Assembly: GCA_041658785.1 (NCBI GenBank)
Contig: JBAZZL010000001.1
Location: forward strand, 5,478-69,477
DNA: 64,000 bases
Origin: Patescibacteria group bacterium
GTDB taxonomy: Bacteria; Patescibacteriota; Patescibacteriia; Magasanikbacterales; UBA922
Direction: 5' to 3'
Part shown: in pieces, positions 39,715-48,771 of the stretch
Position numbering within the stretch: the stretch's first letter is position 1
How the letters are laid out: every line of letters starts with the position of its first letter
Notes under the pieces: model-generated
What the model saw: only the letters and a program-made list of their open reading frames with translations
Databases searched by the model: none
What the model was told of the DNA's origin: nothing
Translations under genes and position numbers: made by a program

Positions 39715-42432
39715 ATGCTAAAAGAGAAACAACGTTTTATCATCATTGACGGCAACGCCATTATCCACCGCGCTTATCACGCCCTGCCGCCCATGACGGC
39801 CAAAGATGGCACCATGGTGAACGCGGTCTATGGCTTTACTTCAATGTTGCTCAAAGTTATTAATGATTTGAAACCCACGCACCTCGCGGTTAGTTTTGAC
39901 GTGGCCGGACCGACGTTTCGCGATAAATTGTACGCGGATTACAAAGCTACGCGCGTGAAAGCCGACCAAGATTTGTATGACCAGATTCCGCTTTGTTATC
40001 AGATTGTGGAAGCGTTTGGGATTCCGATCTATACGAAAGAGGGATTTGAGGCGGATGATGTGATTGGGACGATAACCAAGAAACTGGAAACTGGAAATTT
40101 GAAATTAGATATTGAAGCGATTATTGTGACCGGCGACAAAGATATGTTACAACTCGTTGAAAATGAAAAAGTTGAAGTGTATTTGTTGCGCAAAGGAATG
40201 TCTGATTACCATTTGTTTGATGAGAAAAAAGTAAAGGAAGAGTTTGGTTTTGGACCGGAGATGATAGTAGATTACAAAGCCCTGCGCGGTGACGCATCGG
40301 ATAATATACCGGGGGTGAAAGGGATTGGGGAGAAGACGGCGACGGAGTTGATTACAAAGATTGGGGGGGTTGAAGATATTTACCGAAAGATTGAAAGATT
40401 GAAAGATTATAAGATTAGTGATTCGGTGATTAAAAAATTGGAAGATGGAAAAAGAGATGCGGAGATGAGTAAAAAGTTGGCAACGATTGATACGGACGTG
40501 AAAGGGCTGAAGTTTAGTTTGGATGATTGCGAGACGGGTCGGTTTGACGCGGGGAAGATTGAGGGGATGTTGAAGAAGTTTGAGTTTTTTTCACTGCTTA
40601 AACGTATCCCAGGAGCGAGCGTTGAAAATAAGTTACAAGTTACAAGTTACAAGTTACAGAATGAGAGTAGGAAAAAAATAGACGGCGGCATTGAAATAGA
40701 AATTATTAAGTCAGCCGATGAGGTTAAAAAGTTGGCAAACGAGATTAAAAAAGCCGGAGTTTTTGCGTGTAAAGAAATAGTTAGCGGGAAAAATATTATT
40801 GAAGGAAAATTTGAGGGGCTGGTTTTTGTGGTTGATGGAAATAGTTATTTTGTGGATGGGCGGTTTGACGAATTGGCGGAGATTTTTACTGATCAGAAAA
40901 TTTTACTTATCGGGCACGACCTCAAACAATTAATAAAGGTACTTCAATGTAACAATGAAACAATGAAACAATGTAACAATTTATTTGACACCATGATTGC
41001 TTCCTATGTTTTAAATTCCAGCACCAGAGCCCATGATTTGAAGGCGATTATAATGCGCGAGCTAGGCAAGGATCTGCCGGGAAGTTCTGATCAGGCCAGC
41101 TTGTTTGGAGTGAATCCAAAGATTGCGGCAGAAGAGTTAATTTTGGTTTTGCAAGTTTATCAAAAATATGACAAACAACTTAGTGAGATGGAAGATAAAG
41201 GATTGTTTGAAAAAATAGAAATGGCGCTGATTCCGGTTTTGGCGGAAATGGAATTAAACGGCGTGGCGGTTGATAAGGAGATGCTCGGGCGGCTTTCCAA
41301 AGAAGTGGTCAAAGATATTGACAAAGTTACTAAAAAAATCTGGCAAGAAGCCGGCGAAGAATTTAATGTGTCTTCGCCTGTTCAGTTGCGGGACGTTTTA
41401 TTTGAAAAAATGGGACTGCCGGCGCAAGGAATCAAAAAAGGCAAAACCGGCTATTCCACGGCCTCGCCGGAATTGGAAAAACTGCGGGGCGCGCACCCGA
41501 TTGTTGAATTGATTGAAGAATATCGGGAATTGGAAAAACTGCGCAATACCTATATTGACGTTTTGCCGAATTTAATCAACAAAAAGACCGGTCGCATTCA
41601 CACCACTTTTAATCAGGCAGTAACTACCACCGGCCGACTTTCCAGCTCAGATCCGAATTTACAAAACATTCCCATCAAAACCGAACTGGGGCGGGAAATC
41701 CGCAAAGCGTTTTTGGCGGAAAAAGGATATTGTCTGGTGGTGGCGGATTATTCCCAGATTGAACTGCGCATCGTCGCCTCGCTCGCCGAAGACAAAATTA
41801 TGATGGAGATTTTTGAACGGGGAGAAGACATCCATCAAGCCACCGCGGCGGCCATTAATGGCGTTGGTCTGGACAAAGTAACCAAAGAAATGCGGAGCGC
41901 GGCCAAAGCGGTTAATTTTGGCGTTCTCTACGGCATGGGGTCGTACGGATTATCCTGGCGGGCCGGAATTTCCCAGAGCGAAGCGCGGGAGTTTATTGCC
42001 AAATATTTTGAACAGTTTGCCGGAGTGAAAAAATATCTTGACCAGACGCTTGAATTTGCTAAAAAAGAGGGCTATGTGGAAACCCTGTTCGGCCGGCGGC
42101 GGTATATTCCGGAATTAAAATCCGACAATTTCCAAATGCGAAGCGCGGGCGAGCGAATGGCGATTAATATGCCGATTCAGGGCACGGCCGCGGATTTGAT
42201 GAAGATGGCGATGATTGAGGTGAGCGAAAAGATTAAAAGATTAAAAGATTATAAGATTGGAGAGGTGAAGATTATTTTACAAGTGCATGATGAGTTGGTG
42301 TTGGAGGTGAAGAAGGGGTTGGAAGATGAAATTTCTAAATTAGTAAAAGAAGCGATGGAGGGGGTGGCGAAGTTGCGCGTGCCGATTGGGGTGGATGTGC
42401 GGGTGGGGGCGAGGTGGGGGGAATTAAAATAA
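39715..42432 (+). CDS. polA: DNA polymerase I
   Basis: 5'-3' exonuclease domain (IIDGNAIIHRAYHAL), polymerase motifs A (LVVADYSQIELRI), B (RSAAKAVNFGVLYG) and C (LQVHDELVLEV). In-frame oligonucleotide repeats at 40385-40412, 40632-40659, 40951-40980 and 42226-42257. Confidence 0.95.
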   Translation: MLKEKQRFIIIDGNAIIHRAYHALPPMTAKDGTMVNAVYGFTSMLLKVINDLKPTHLAVSFDVAGPTFRDKLYADYKATRVKADQDLYDQIPLCYQIVEAFGIPIYTKEGFEADDVIGTITKKLETGNLKLDIEAIIVTGDKDMLQLVENEKVEVYLLRKGMSDYHLFDEKKVKEEFGFGPEMIVDYKALRGDASDNIPGVKGIGEKTATELITKIGGVEDIYRKIERLKDYKISDSVIKKLEDGKRDAEMSKKLATIDTDVKGLKFSLDDCETGRFDAGKIEGMLKKFEFFSLLKRIPGASVENKLQVTSYKLQNESRKKIDGGIEIEIIKSADEVKKLANEIKKAGVFACKEIVSGKNIIEGKFEGLVFVVDGNSYFVDGRFDELAEIFTDQKILLIGHDLKQLIKVLQCNNETMKQCNNLFDTMIASYVLNSSTRAHDLKAIIMRELGKDLPGSSDQASLFGVNPKIAAEELILVLQVYQKYDKQLSEMEDKGLFEKIEMALIPVLAEMELNGVAVDKEMLGRLSKEVVKDIDKVTKKIWQEAGEEFNVSSPVQLRDVLFEKMGLPAQGIKKGKTGYSTASPELEKLRGAHPIVELIEEYRELEKLRNTYIDVLPNLINKKTGRIHTTFNQAVTTTGRLSSSDPNLQNIPIKTELGREIRKAFLAEKGYCLVVADYSQIELRIVASLAEDKIMMEIFERGEDIHQATAAAINGVGLDKVTKEMRSAAKAVNFGVLYGMGSYGLSWRAGISQSEAREFIAKYFEQFAGVKKYLDQTLEFAKKEGYVETLFGRRRYIPELKSDNFQMRSAGERMAINMPIQGTAADLMKMAMIEVSEKIKRLKDYKIGEVKIILQVHDELVLEVKKGLEDEISKLVKEAMEGVAKLRVPIGVDVRVGARWGELK

Positions 42433-42968
42433 ACGAGCGCACACGCGTTCCTTCTCCTCGTAGGAGAAGGACAGGTAGAGGTCTCAACGAGCGCATGGTA
42501 ACAAACGAGCGTATGTCAAAAAGAGATCGTTATATCATAGACGACCTGACAAAACAAAGACGAAAACGTTTGCGAATCGGTCCGACAAAAGCAGAGTATG
42601 TGCTGTGGCAGGATTTGAGAAGACAGAAAACCGGGTATAAATTTCGCCGACAAACAAGCATCGACAAGTTTATTGTTGATTTTTATTGTCATGAATTGCG
42701 TTTAGCAATAGAGGTGGATGGATCAATTCATTTAGATGATTTTCAGGCGGAATATGATAGGCGAAGAGAAGAATTTTTACGTCGCCGAGGGTATGTGGTG
42801 ATAAGATTTAAGAATGACGAGGTTTTGTTTGAGCGGGAGAGGGTGATGGGGGTGATTGACGAGTGGTGTAGCAGGTTGGCGGTTAAATATTGAGACATTT
42901 TTTATTGTGCCTGCGCTCGTTGAGACCCTTCCCTGTCCCCCGGACGGGGGAACTCGTTTACCCTCGTT
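42433..42968. mobile_element. Inverted-repeat-flanked mini-element carrying a DUF559 gene, inserted at the polA stop codon
   Basis: Left arm 42433-42492 (aacgagcgcacacgcgttccttctcctcgtaggagaaggacaggtagaggtctcaacgagcgca) and right arm 42912-42968 (reverse complement aacgagggtaaacgagttcccccgtccgggggacagggaagggtctcaacgagcgca). Shared ends, internal hairpins with compensatory sequence. Confidence 0.55.
42513..42893 (+). CDS. DUF559 endonuclease-domain protein (Vsr-like / restriction-endonuclease-like fold)
   Basis: AEYVLWQDLRRQKTGYKFRRQTSIDKFIVDFYCHELRLAIEVDGSIH...RRREEFLRRRGYVVIRFKNDEV matches the DUF559 consensus. The ORF opens inside polA at 42414; the 42513 start is preferred. Confidence 0.7.
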   Translation: MSKRDRYIIDDLTKQRRKRLRIGPTKAEYVLWQDLRRQKTGYKFRRQTSIDKFIVDFYCHELRLAIEVDGSIHLDDFQAEYDRRREEFLRRRGYVVIRFKNDEVLFERERVMGVIDEWCSRLAVKY

Positions 42969-43054
42969 TATTTATCCCCACCCCGCTTGCATTTTAGAGA
43001 GAGAGAGAGTATCCTCCTATTATAGGGAGGATTTTATTTTTAAATTGTATAAAT

Positions 43055-43588
43055 ATGGCGGATACAATGTTCTCTAAAAATTTAGCGGAAACGCACCAGA
43101 AAGCGGAGGGAGCTAAAGAGACCCGGGCAGAACACAAAGCAGTAGAAGATTTGATGACAGCGATTGGCCTGCAAGCCAAATATAATGCCGTCAGGGAAGC
43201 ATATAATAACGGTGTTTTTTCCGGCAAAGCACTTCCAACGGCAGACTTTCTTTTAGGTTCCGAAAGCGCTACACATAGTGGAGACTGTATTAAACTCTAT
43301 AAAGATGAAGATTTTCCGGCATTAAGAAATTTATCTACAGGAGTACACACTAAGGTTGAAACAGAAGAACTATTTCTGGCTTTGCTGACTGATTTGGCAA
43401 ATATTGCCATGAGCGAGCGGGACGATGAAATATTAAATATTAAAAAATGTAAGGTCATCAAGGGTGAAAATGACCAAGCGATCTTTATGACTCGCAAAAG
43501 ATTGGCCGAAGCAGCAATCAAAAAGGTGATTGACGCCATGTATGGCTGGTCGGAAAATTACAAGCAAGAGAAAGCGCAAGTAAAGTAA
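43055..43588 (+). CDS. Hypothetical protein
   Basis: 177-aa soluble ORF with no recognisable family. Preceded by the terminator atcctcctattatagggaggat and followed by a hairpin plus T-run at about 43600-43640. Confidence 0.5.
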   Translation: MADTMFSKNLAETHQKAEGAKETRAEHKAVEDLMTAIGLQAKYNAVREAYNNGVFSGKALPTADFLLGSESATHSGDCIKLYKDEDFPALRNLSTGVHTKVETEELFLALLTDLANIAMSERDDEILNIKKCKVIKGENDQAIFMTRKRLAEAAIKKVIDAMYGWSENYKQEKAQVK

Positions 43589-43735
43589 TAAAAATTGAAG
43601 AAAATAAAATACCGCCCCGAGTCTCCGGGACGGTATTTTTGTTCGCATTGCATGCCTCGCTACATGCGTCGCGCCTCGTGTTTCTTCCCATCCTTCCACA
43701 AAAAATCAAAATACGCGCGGTAGGCCTGAGCGGTT

Positions 43736-44575
43736 ATGAGCTGTAGAAGAATATCGGACAGATGTGATAAAATAGATATGATTCTTTTTATGTTCAACGA
43801 ATTGTTTCGCAATAAATACCGTATCGCATCAGCCCGCCATCCGAATTGGAATTACACGTCCGTTGGGCGTTATTTTGTGACGATTTGCACGGGCGGACGG
43901 ATTTGCCATTTTGGCAAAATTGAAAATGGTGGTATGATATTATCCCCGACGGGCAGAATTGTTCGGGAGGAATGGTTGAAAACGCCGCGAATTCGCGATA
44001 ATATAAAATTGGACGCGTGGGTGGTGATGCCGAACCATTTGCATGGGATTGTGGTGATAAAAACATTGGGGGAAAATAAAATGGCGGTAATGTCAGGTTC
44101 AACGACAAATGGCGGTGATGAAAACGTGGGTGATGGGAATGATGCGGGCGGTGGGGAAAACGTTGGTGACGGAATAAACGTTGGCGGTGGGAATAACGTT
44201 GGCGGTAGAGACGCCCCGCCGGGGCGTCTCTACGATTGCATTCCACCAAACGATTGCATTCCACCAAACGATTGCATTCCACCAAACGATTGCATTATTA
44301 CCAACGTTGACAATGCATCCGTGAACGCAATCAACCGATCGTCCAATACCGGCGGCCCCAATCCCAATTGGAAACCCAATTCGTTGGGTTCAATTGTCAA
44401 CCAATTTAAATCAATTTGCACCAAACGGATTCGTTCGGCCGGACATTCGGATTTTTCCTGGCAGGCGCGATTCCACGACCATATTATCCGCAACGAAATC
44501 GCGTTGAATAATATCCGCCGATATATTAAACAAAATCCCCAAAAATGGGGTACGGATTGTTTTCATGTTTTATGA
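43736..44575 (+). CDS. IS200/IS605-type Y1 (HuH) transposase, REP-associated (RAYT-like), with a roughly 100-aa low-complexity and palindrome insert
   Basis: HuH motif WVVMPNHLHGIVVI; C-terminal SWQARFHDHIIRNEIALNNIRRYIKQNP block. Insert = G/N/D-rich segment, 29-nt palindrome (44205-44233) and 4x DCIPPN from an 18-bp repeat (44231-44296). Confidence 0.6.
   Translation: MSCRRISDRCDKIDMILFMFNELFRNKYRIASARHPNWNYTSVGRYFVTICTGGRICHFGKIENGGMILSPTGRIVREEWLKTPRIRDNIKLDAWVVMPNHLHGIVVIKTLGENKMAVMSGSTTNGGDENVGDGNDAGGGENVGDGINVGGGNNVGGRDAPPGRLYDCIPPNDCIPPNDCIPPNDCIITNVDNASVNAINRSSNTGGPNPNWKPNSLGSIVNQFKSICTKRIRSAGHSDFSWQARFHDHIIRNEIALNNIRRYIKQNPQKWGTDCFHVL
44205..44233. repeat. Perfect REP-like palindrome GTAGAGACGCCCCGCCGGGGCGTCTCTAC inside the RAYT ORF
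   Basis: 13-bp perfect arms. A second copy with an added 18-bp direct repeat sits at 45215-45261 inside holA. Confidence 0.85.
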
Positions 44576-45708
44576 TTATATTTTTATACGGCCCGGACAC
44601 CTTCCGTAGCCGGCAACAATTGAAAAAAATGATCGCCAAGTTCAAACATGACCGCGACCCGCAAGGGCTGAATGTGGTTCGTTTGGACGCGGAAAAAGAA
44701 GAAGACACCCGCCGGGTTACGAGCGAAATTTTGGCTACGCCGTTTTTGGCCGAGCGGCGGATGGTGGTGATTGAAAATTTGTTAAATTCTAAACAGACGG
44801 ATTTATTGGAAGGGTTATTGAAAAGAATTGAAGAAAAAAAAATGCCGGAATCAAACGTGATTATTTTTTGGGAAGCGCTGGACGATCCGGCGCAAAAGAA
44901 AAAAGGGGATGAAACGGCAACGCCAAAAACCAAGGCGGCGAAAGAACTGTTCGCGCGTTTGCAAAAAGAAAAATACGCCCAGCGGTTTGAATTATTTTCC
45001 GGCGCCAAACTGGCGACCTGGATCGCGGGCGAAGTAAAAGAACGCGGCGGCGTCATTGACCGGCCCGCGGTCGATTATCTGGCCGCGAACGTGGGGGGCG
45101 ACATGTGGCGGTTGAATTCGTTGATTGGACAATTGGTGGCGTATTGTTATTCCGAAGGCGGCGACGGTGCGTTGCGTGGGGACGCCACGGCACATGGGGA
45201 CACCCCGGCGGCGGGTAGAGACGCCCCGGCGGGTAGAGACGCCCCGGCGGGGCGTCTCTACGCCGTTGACAGGGTTGCGGAGGCAATACGGGCAAAGGAC
45301 GTCCAATTGTTTCTAGACGAACGCGCCGACGACAACATTTTCAATCTGGTAGACGCCATTGTCGCGAAAAATCCCAAACAGGTTTTTGTCATGATTCAGG
45401 AACAATATAATAAAGGCGAGGACGCGCAGTATATTTTTGCGATGTTAATAAGGCAGTTTCGTATTTTGTTGGAACTCCGAGACATGTTTGACCGCGAAGA
45501 TAATATCCAGAGCGGCGTTCTGGCGCAAAAGTTGGGGCTCCATCCGTTTGTGGTGAAAAAATCACTGCCTTTGGTCAAGCGATACACCATGGCGGAATTA
45601 AAAAACATTTACGAACGCCTGCTTGAGCTGGATATCCAAACAAAAACCGGCCAGGGCGGCCAGTCGTTGTTGTTGGATATTTTCGTTGGGAGAATCTGCG
45701 CGGAGTAG
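44572..45708 (+). CDS. holA: DNA polymerase III delta subunit
   Basis: About 380 aa, clamp-loader delta-like N-terminal (IIFLYGPDTF) and C-terminal helical domains. ATGA overlap with the RAYT stop. Convergent with rpsT, a common arrangement. Contains an in-frame REP-like insert (AGRDAPAGRDAPAGRLY). Confidence 0.65.
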   Translation: MIIFLYGPDTFRSRQQLKKMIAKFKHDRDPQGLNVVRLDAEKEEDTRRVTSEILATPFLAERRMVVIENLLNSKQTDLLEGLLKRIEEKKMPESNVIIFWEALDDPAQKKKGDETATPKTKAAKELFARLQKEKYAQRFELFSGAKLATWIAGEVKERGGVIDRPAVDYLAANVGGDMWRLNSLIGQLVAYCYSEGGDGALRGDATAHGDTPAAGRDAPAGRDAPAGRLYAVDRVAEAIRAKDVQLFLDERADDNIFNLVDAIVAKNPKQVFVMIQEQYNKGEDAQYIFAMLIRQFRILLELRDMFDREDNIQSGVLAQKLGLHPFVVKKSLPLVKRYTMAELKNIYERLLELDIQTKTGQGGQSLLLDIFVGRICAE

Positions 45709-45741
45709 GTGTGGTAAAGAGTCCAACACCTCATCCTCTGC

Positions 45742-45775
45742 CCCCTTCCCCTACGAGGGGAAGGGGAACTTTTTA
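45742..45775. terminator. Bidirectional terminator between holA and rpsT (ccccttcccctacgaggggaagggg)
   Basis: Perfect 10-bp stem followed by T-run on plus strand. Confidence 0.7.
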
Positions 45776-45796
45776 AGAAGGTTGGAGGGCAGGGTG

Positions 45797-46057
45797 TTAT
45801 TTAACTGTTTTTACTTTCTTCATCAGCCGCGACAGCTTTCTCGCCGCGGTTTGTTTTTTTATTACTCCTCTTTTAGCGGCTTTGTCCAATTTTTTCTGGG
45901 CCAGGCGGAGTTTTTCGGCCAGGTCCTTTTCGCCGGCCGCGAACGCTTTAGTTACGTCTTTGACCGCTTTTTTGTAAGCATCCTTAACAGCCAGGTTTAG
46001 AGCGGTTCTTTTTTTGATTTTACGCAGTTCTTTTTTAGCGCTTTGTTTGATTGGCAT
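45797..46057 (-). CDS. rpsT: 30S ribosomal protein S20
   Basis: 86 aa, MPIKQSAKKELRKIKKRTALNLAVK..., a Lys/Ala-rich helical protein matching the S20 pattern. Confidence 0.85.
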   Translation of the reverse strand: MPIKQSAKKELRKIKKRTALNLAVKDAYKKAVKDVTKAFAAGEKDLAEKLRLAQKKLDKAAKRGVIKKQTAARKLSRLMKKVKTVK

Positions 46058-46222
46058 AATGGGGTGAATTGTTTATTGGTTTAAGGGTTTATGAGTGATT
46101 GATTAATGATTGTTACACTGTTAAATTGTTAAATTGCTTCATTGTCTTACTGTTTTCTTATGACTTACGGCTTATAACTTACAGCTGTCGTGCGAAGAGT
46201 ATAGCGGAAATGACCGCCGCTG

Positions 46223-47065
46223 TCAACACTTTACGCAGGTTTCTTTTTTCAGCAGGTTCGTGAAGGGTTTGAGTTTTATGAATTCAGTGGAAGTGACGGC
46301 GTTGCCAAGGGTCCAAAGATGGCAGGCATTGTCCAAGGCATCGGCGGCGCAGGCATAGCCGAGGGATTTGAACGCGGTTAACAGTTCAGCTGTCGGCTCG
46401 GCATTGCTAAATAATTCAACTTGCGACCCCAGCGCGTAGCCGTTTTTGTAAACGGCCGCCAATTCGTCGTTTCGTTTTTTGCCGCAATCATCAGCCGTAA
46501 AGAATTGTCCCAGATTGCTCAGGCCAAAATAGCGCGGATGGACCGGATAGGTGGACGAGGCGGTGGCGGACGCTTTTGGATTTTCGGCGCAGAGCGCGGG
46601 GAGTTTGGCGGTTTGGTTCTGTTCGCGTTTGGCGCGGATTTCCTGCTCTTCTATTTTTTGTTTTGTTTCGCCCCACAACCGCGTGACATTTTCCAATTTT
46701 TCGGTCAGCTTTTGCCGCTGATCCTCTACCTGCTTTTTGAGCTCGTCAATCGCGCTGGTTTGTTCTTCCACGGTTTCTATTTTTGCCGCCAATTCTTTTT
46801 GCTGGGTTTTGCTGGAGACGGTCTGTTTGATATAAAGGCCGACCACGACGACAAGTAAAATTAAAAATCCGCCGGCGATCACCATTCCTGTTTTTTTGTT
46901 CTTTGCCGGCTCGCGCGCTGGCGCGATCTTAATTCCTTCTCGTTTTTTCGCCGGTGTTTTTTTCTTGGGCGGTCTTTCCAATTTTTTTTCCGCCGCCGCG
47001 TCGGTCGCGGGGCTATTTTCTTTTTTAATTTCCTCCCCAGTTCCTCCAATTTGATTTTTTGGCAT
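46223..47065 (-). CDS. Hypothetical membrane-anchored protein (coiled coil plus Cys-containing C-terminal domain)
   Basis: 280 aa. Basic N-terminus, one TM, heptad-like segment (EEQTSAIDELKKQVEDQRQKLTEKLENV), then a C-terminal domain of about 120 aa with 6 Cys. Confidence 0.5.
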   Translation of the reverse strand: MPKNQIGGTGEEIKKENSPATDAAAEKKLERPPKKKTPAKKREGIKIAPAREPAKNKKTGMVIAGGFLILLVVVVGLYIKQTVSSKTQQKELAAKIETVEEQTSAIDELKKQVEDQRQKLTEKLENVTRLWGETKQKIEEQEIRAKREQNQTAKLPALCAENPKASATASSTYPVHPRYFGLSNLGQFFTADDCGKKRNDELAAVYKNGYALGSQVELFSNAEPTAELLTAFKSLGYACAADALDNACHLWTLGNAVTSTEFIKLKPFTNLLKKETCVKC

Positions 47066-47377
47066 AAATTTGGTTATTGGATTATTAGTTTAAGGGCTTT
47101 GGATCTAATCTACCCCGCTTTAGCGGGGGTTCGTGGAGCTTTAGCTCCTGCGAACGTAACCAGAAACTGGTAATTAGTAATTGGTAATTGGTTTTAAAAA
47201 TAATCGTTAATTACCAATTATCCTGCCGCTCCGCATTGTGCGGGGTGGGACGACTTACTGTTTACTATCATCAATTTGCCTTACTCTGCTTTATTTGTTA
47301 TCGTGCGGCGAGTATAACGGCAATCACCAATTTATGTCAACAGTTTTTGGAGGCCGACCCATAAACCAATAAACCTT

Positions 47378-48496
47378 TCACTCCTCCCCCCTCGGCCCCT
47401 CTATCGCGAGCGGTTCAATCGTTCTCTCTCCTTCCGTAATTCTCATTACATCCTTATCAACTTTACCTAGCTCTTTATATGCCGTGTTATAGCTATTAAC
47501 GGTCGTGCCTAGGTTGGTGCCGAGTTTTTTCATGTAGTCCTCGTAAGCATTGATATGCTTGCCGAGCATTTCCACGTTTTTTCTAATTACCATAGCGCTC
47601 TCTTCAATTTTCAAGGCCCGCAGTCCCTGCAAGACCGTTTGCAAATACGCGGCAAAAGTGGTGGGCGAGACGATGATCACTTTTTTATTGTTAAACGCGT
47701 ATTCAATCAGACTTTTCGTGTTTACCTTTACCGCGCCCACCTCGTTGACTAACAGATCATAATAAATCGCTTCGGCCGGAATAAACATAAAAGCGAATTC
47801 CAGAGTGCCGTATTTGGGTTTAATGTATTTAGCGGTTTCGTCAATCCGTTTTTTCAGATCATTTTTAAAGTCCTTTTCATATTCTTCTTTTTGCCGCTCG
47901 TCGATCGCTTCCAAAACGCGATTATAGTTGTCTAATGAAAATTTAGCATCCACCGGAATCAGGCCGTCTTTGGTTTTCACTACTGCGTCCACGGTGTCGC
48001 CGTCTGGAAATGAATACTGCAATTCAAACGCAGTCGGCGGCAGGATATTTTCCAAAACTAATTGCAATCCGGCCTCCCCGAGATTGCCGCGCTGTTTTTG
48101 ATGAGTCAAGACCTTTTGCAGATTGTTTAGCTGTTCAGAAAAACCGATCACCTGCTGATTGGTTTTGTCCAGACTAGTTAATTTTTCCGTGATTTCCGAA
48201 ATCATTTTGGTACTCTGGCCGCTGATGCCCTGGATAATCCTGGCGTTTTGGCCAAACTGCTCCTGCAAGGTTTTATTAAGGTTCTGCTGGGTTTCGTTCA
48301 TGGTCTTGTGCGTCACGCTCATTTTTTCATCAAACACCCGCGCGAGTTCCTGCATCTGGTTTTGCAGCATGACGAAGAGGTTTGGTTCGCCTTCTTTGGG
48401 TTTATTATTTTCCGACAGTTTTTTGTATAGAATAAAAAGAATAGCGAGCGTGGCGACTAGTCCGATGGAGAGGATGATTAATAAAGTAGTTTGCAT
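47378..48496 (-). CDS. rmuC: DNA recombination protein RmuC
   Basis: N-terminal TM, long coiled coil, C-terminal RmuC domain (FSFPDGDTVDAVVKTKDGLIPVDAKFSLDNY...FAFMFIPAEAIY). Confidence 0.8.
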   Translation of the reverse strand: MQTTLLIILSIGLVATLAILFILYKKLSENNKPKEGEPNLFVMLQNQMQELARVFDEKMSVTHKTMNETQQNLNKTLQEQFGQNARIIQGISGQSTKMISEITEKLTSLDKTNQQVIGFSEQLNNLQKVLTHQKQRGNLGEAGLQLVLENILPPTAFELQYSFPDGDTVDAVVKTKDGLIPVDAKFSLDNYNRVLEAIDERQKEEYEKDFKNDLKKRIDETAKYIKPKYGTLEFAFMFIPAEAIYYDLLVNEVGAVKVNTKSLIEYAFNNKKVIIVSPTTFAAYLQTVLQGLRALKIEESAMVIRKNVEMLGKHINAYEDYMKKLGTNLGTTVNSYNTAYKELGKVDKDVMRITEGERTIEPLAIEGPRGEE

Positions 48497-48499
48497 ATT

Positions 48500-48763
48500 T
48501 TACCGAACAAATTCTAAAGATAATTTTACTGATTTGTTGTCTGACGGCAGTAAAATCACTTGATTGGGGTATTTTTCTTTTAGAGCGGAGATGAATTCGT
48601 CGGCCCACGAGGGAGTCAAGACCGCTACGCCAGAAAAATCAATCTCTATTTTTTGATCAGGCCTAACATCATTTAAAATATAGGCTCGGGTTGCCAGCCA
48701 TGCCTCTTTAGCCGCCGGCCGGGAGCTCAAAATTGTGCCAAATTTTTTTAACTCAAGTCTCAT
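48500..48763 (-). CDS. DUF4325 (STAS-like) domain protein
   Basis: 87 aa. IEIDFSGVAVLTPSWADEFISAL is the characteristic DUF4325 core. 3 nt upstream of rmuC and 8 nt downstream of the ATPase gene. Confidence 0.65.
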   Translation of the reverse strand: MRLELKKFGTILSSRPAAKEAWLATRAYILNDVRPDQKIEIDFSGVAVLTPSWADEFISALKEKYPNQVILLPSDNKSVKLSLEFVR

Positions 48764-48771
48764 AATACTAA

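Noticed and set aside
44992-45316. ORFs 44992-45306(-), 45053-45295(-), 45125-45316(+) and 43794-44285(-), 44230-44493(-)
   Set aside because: All lie inside the GC-rich REP-like repeat segments of holA and the RAYT gene, on the opposite strand or in other frames. They are low-complexity Pro/Arg/Gly-rich translations typical of repeat artefacts.
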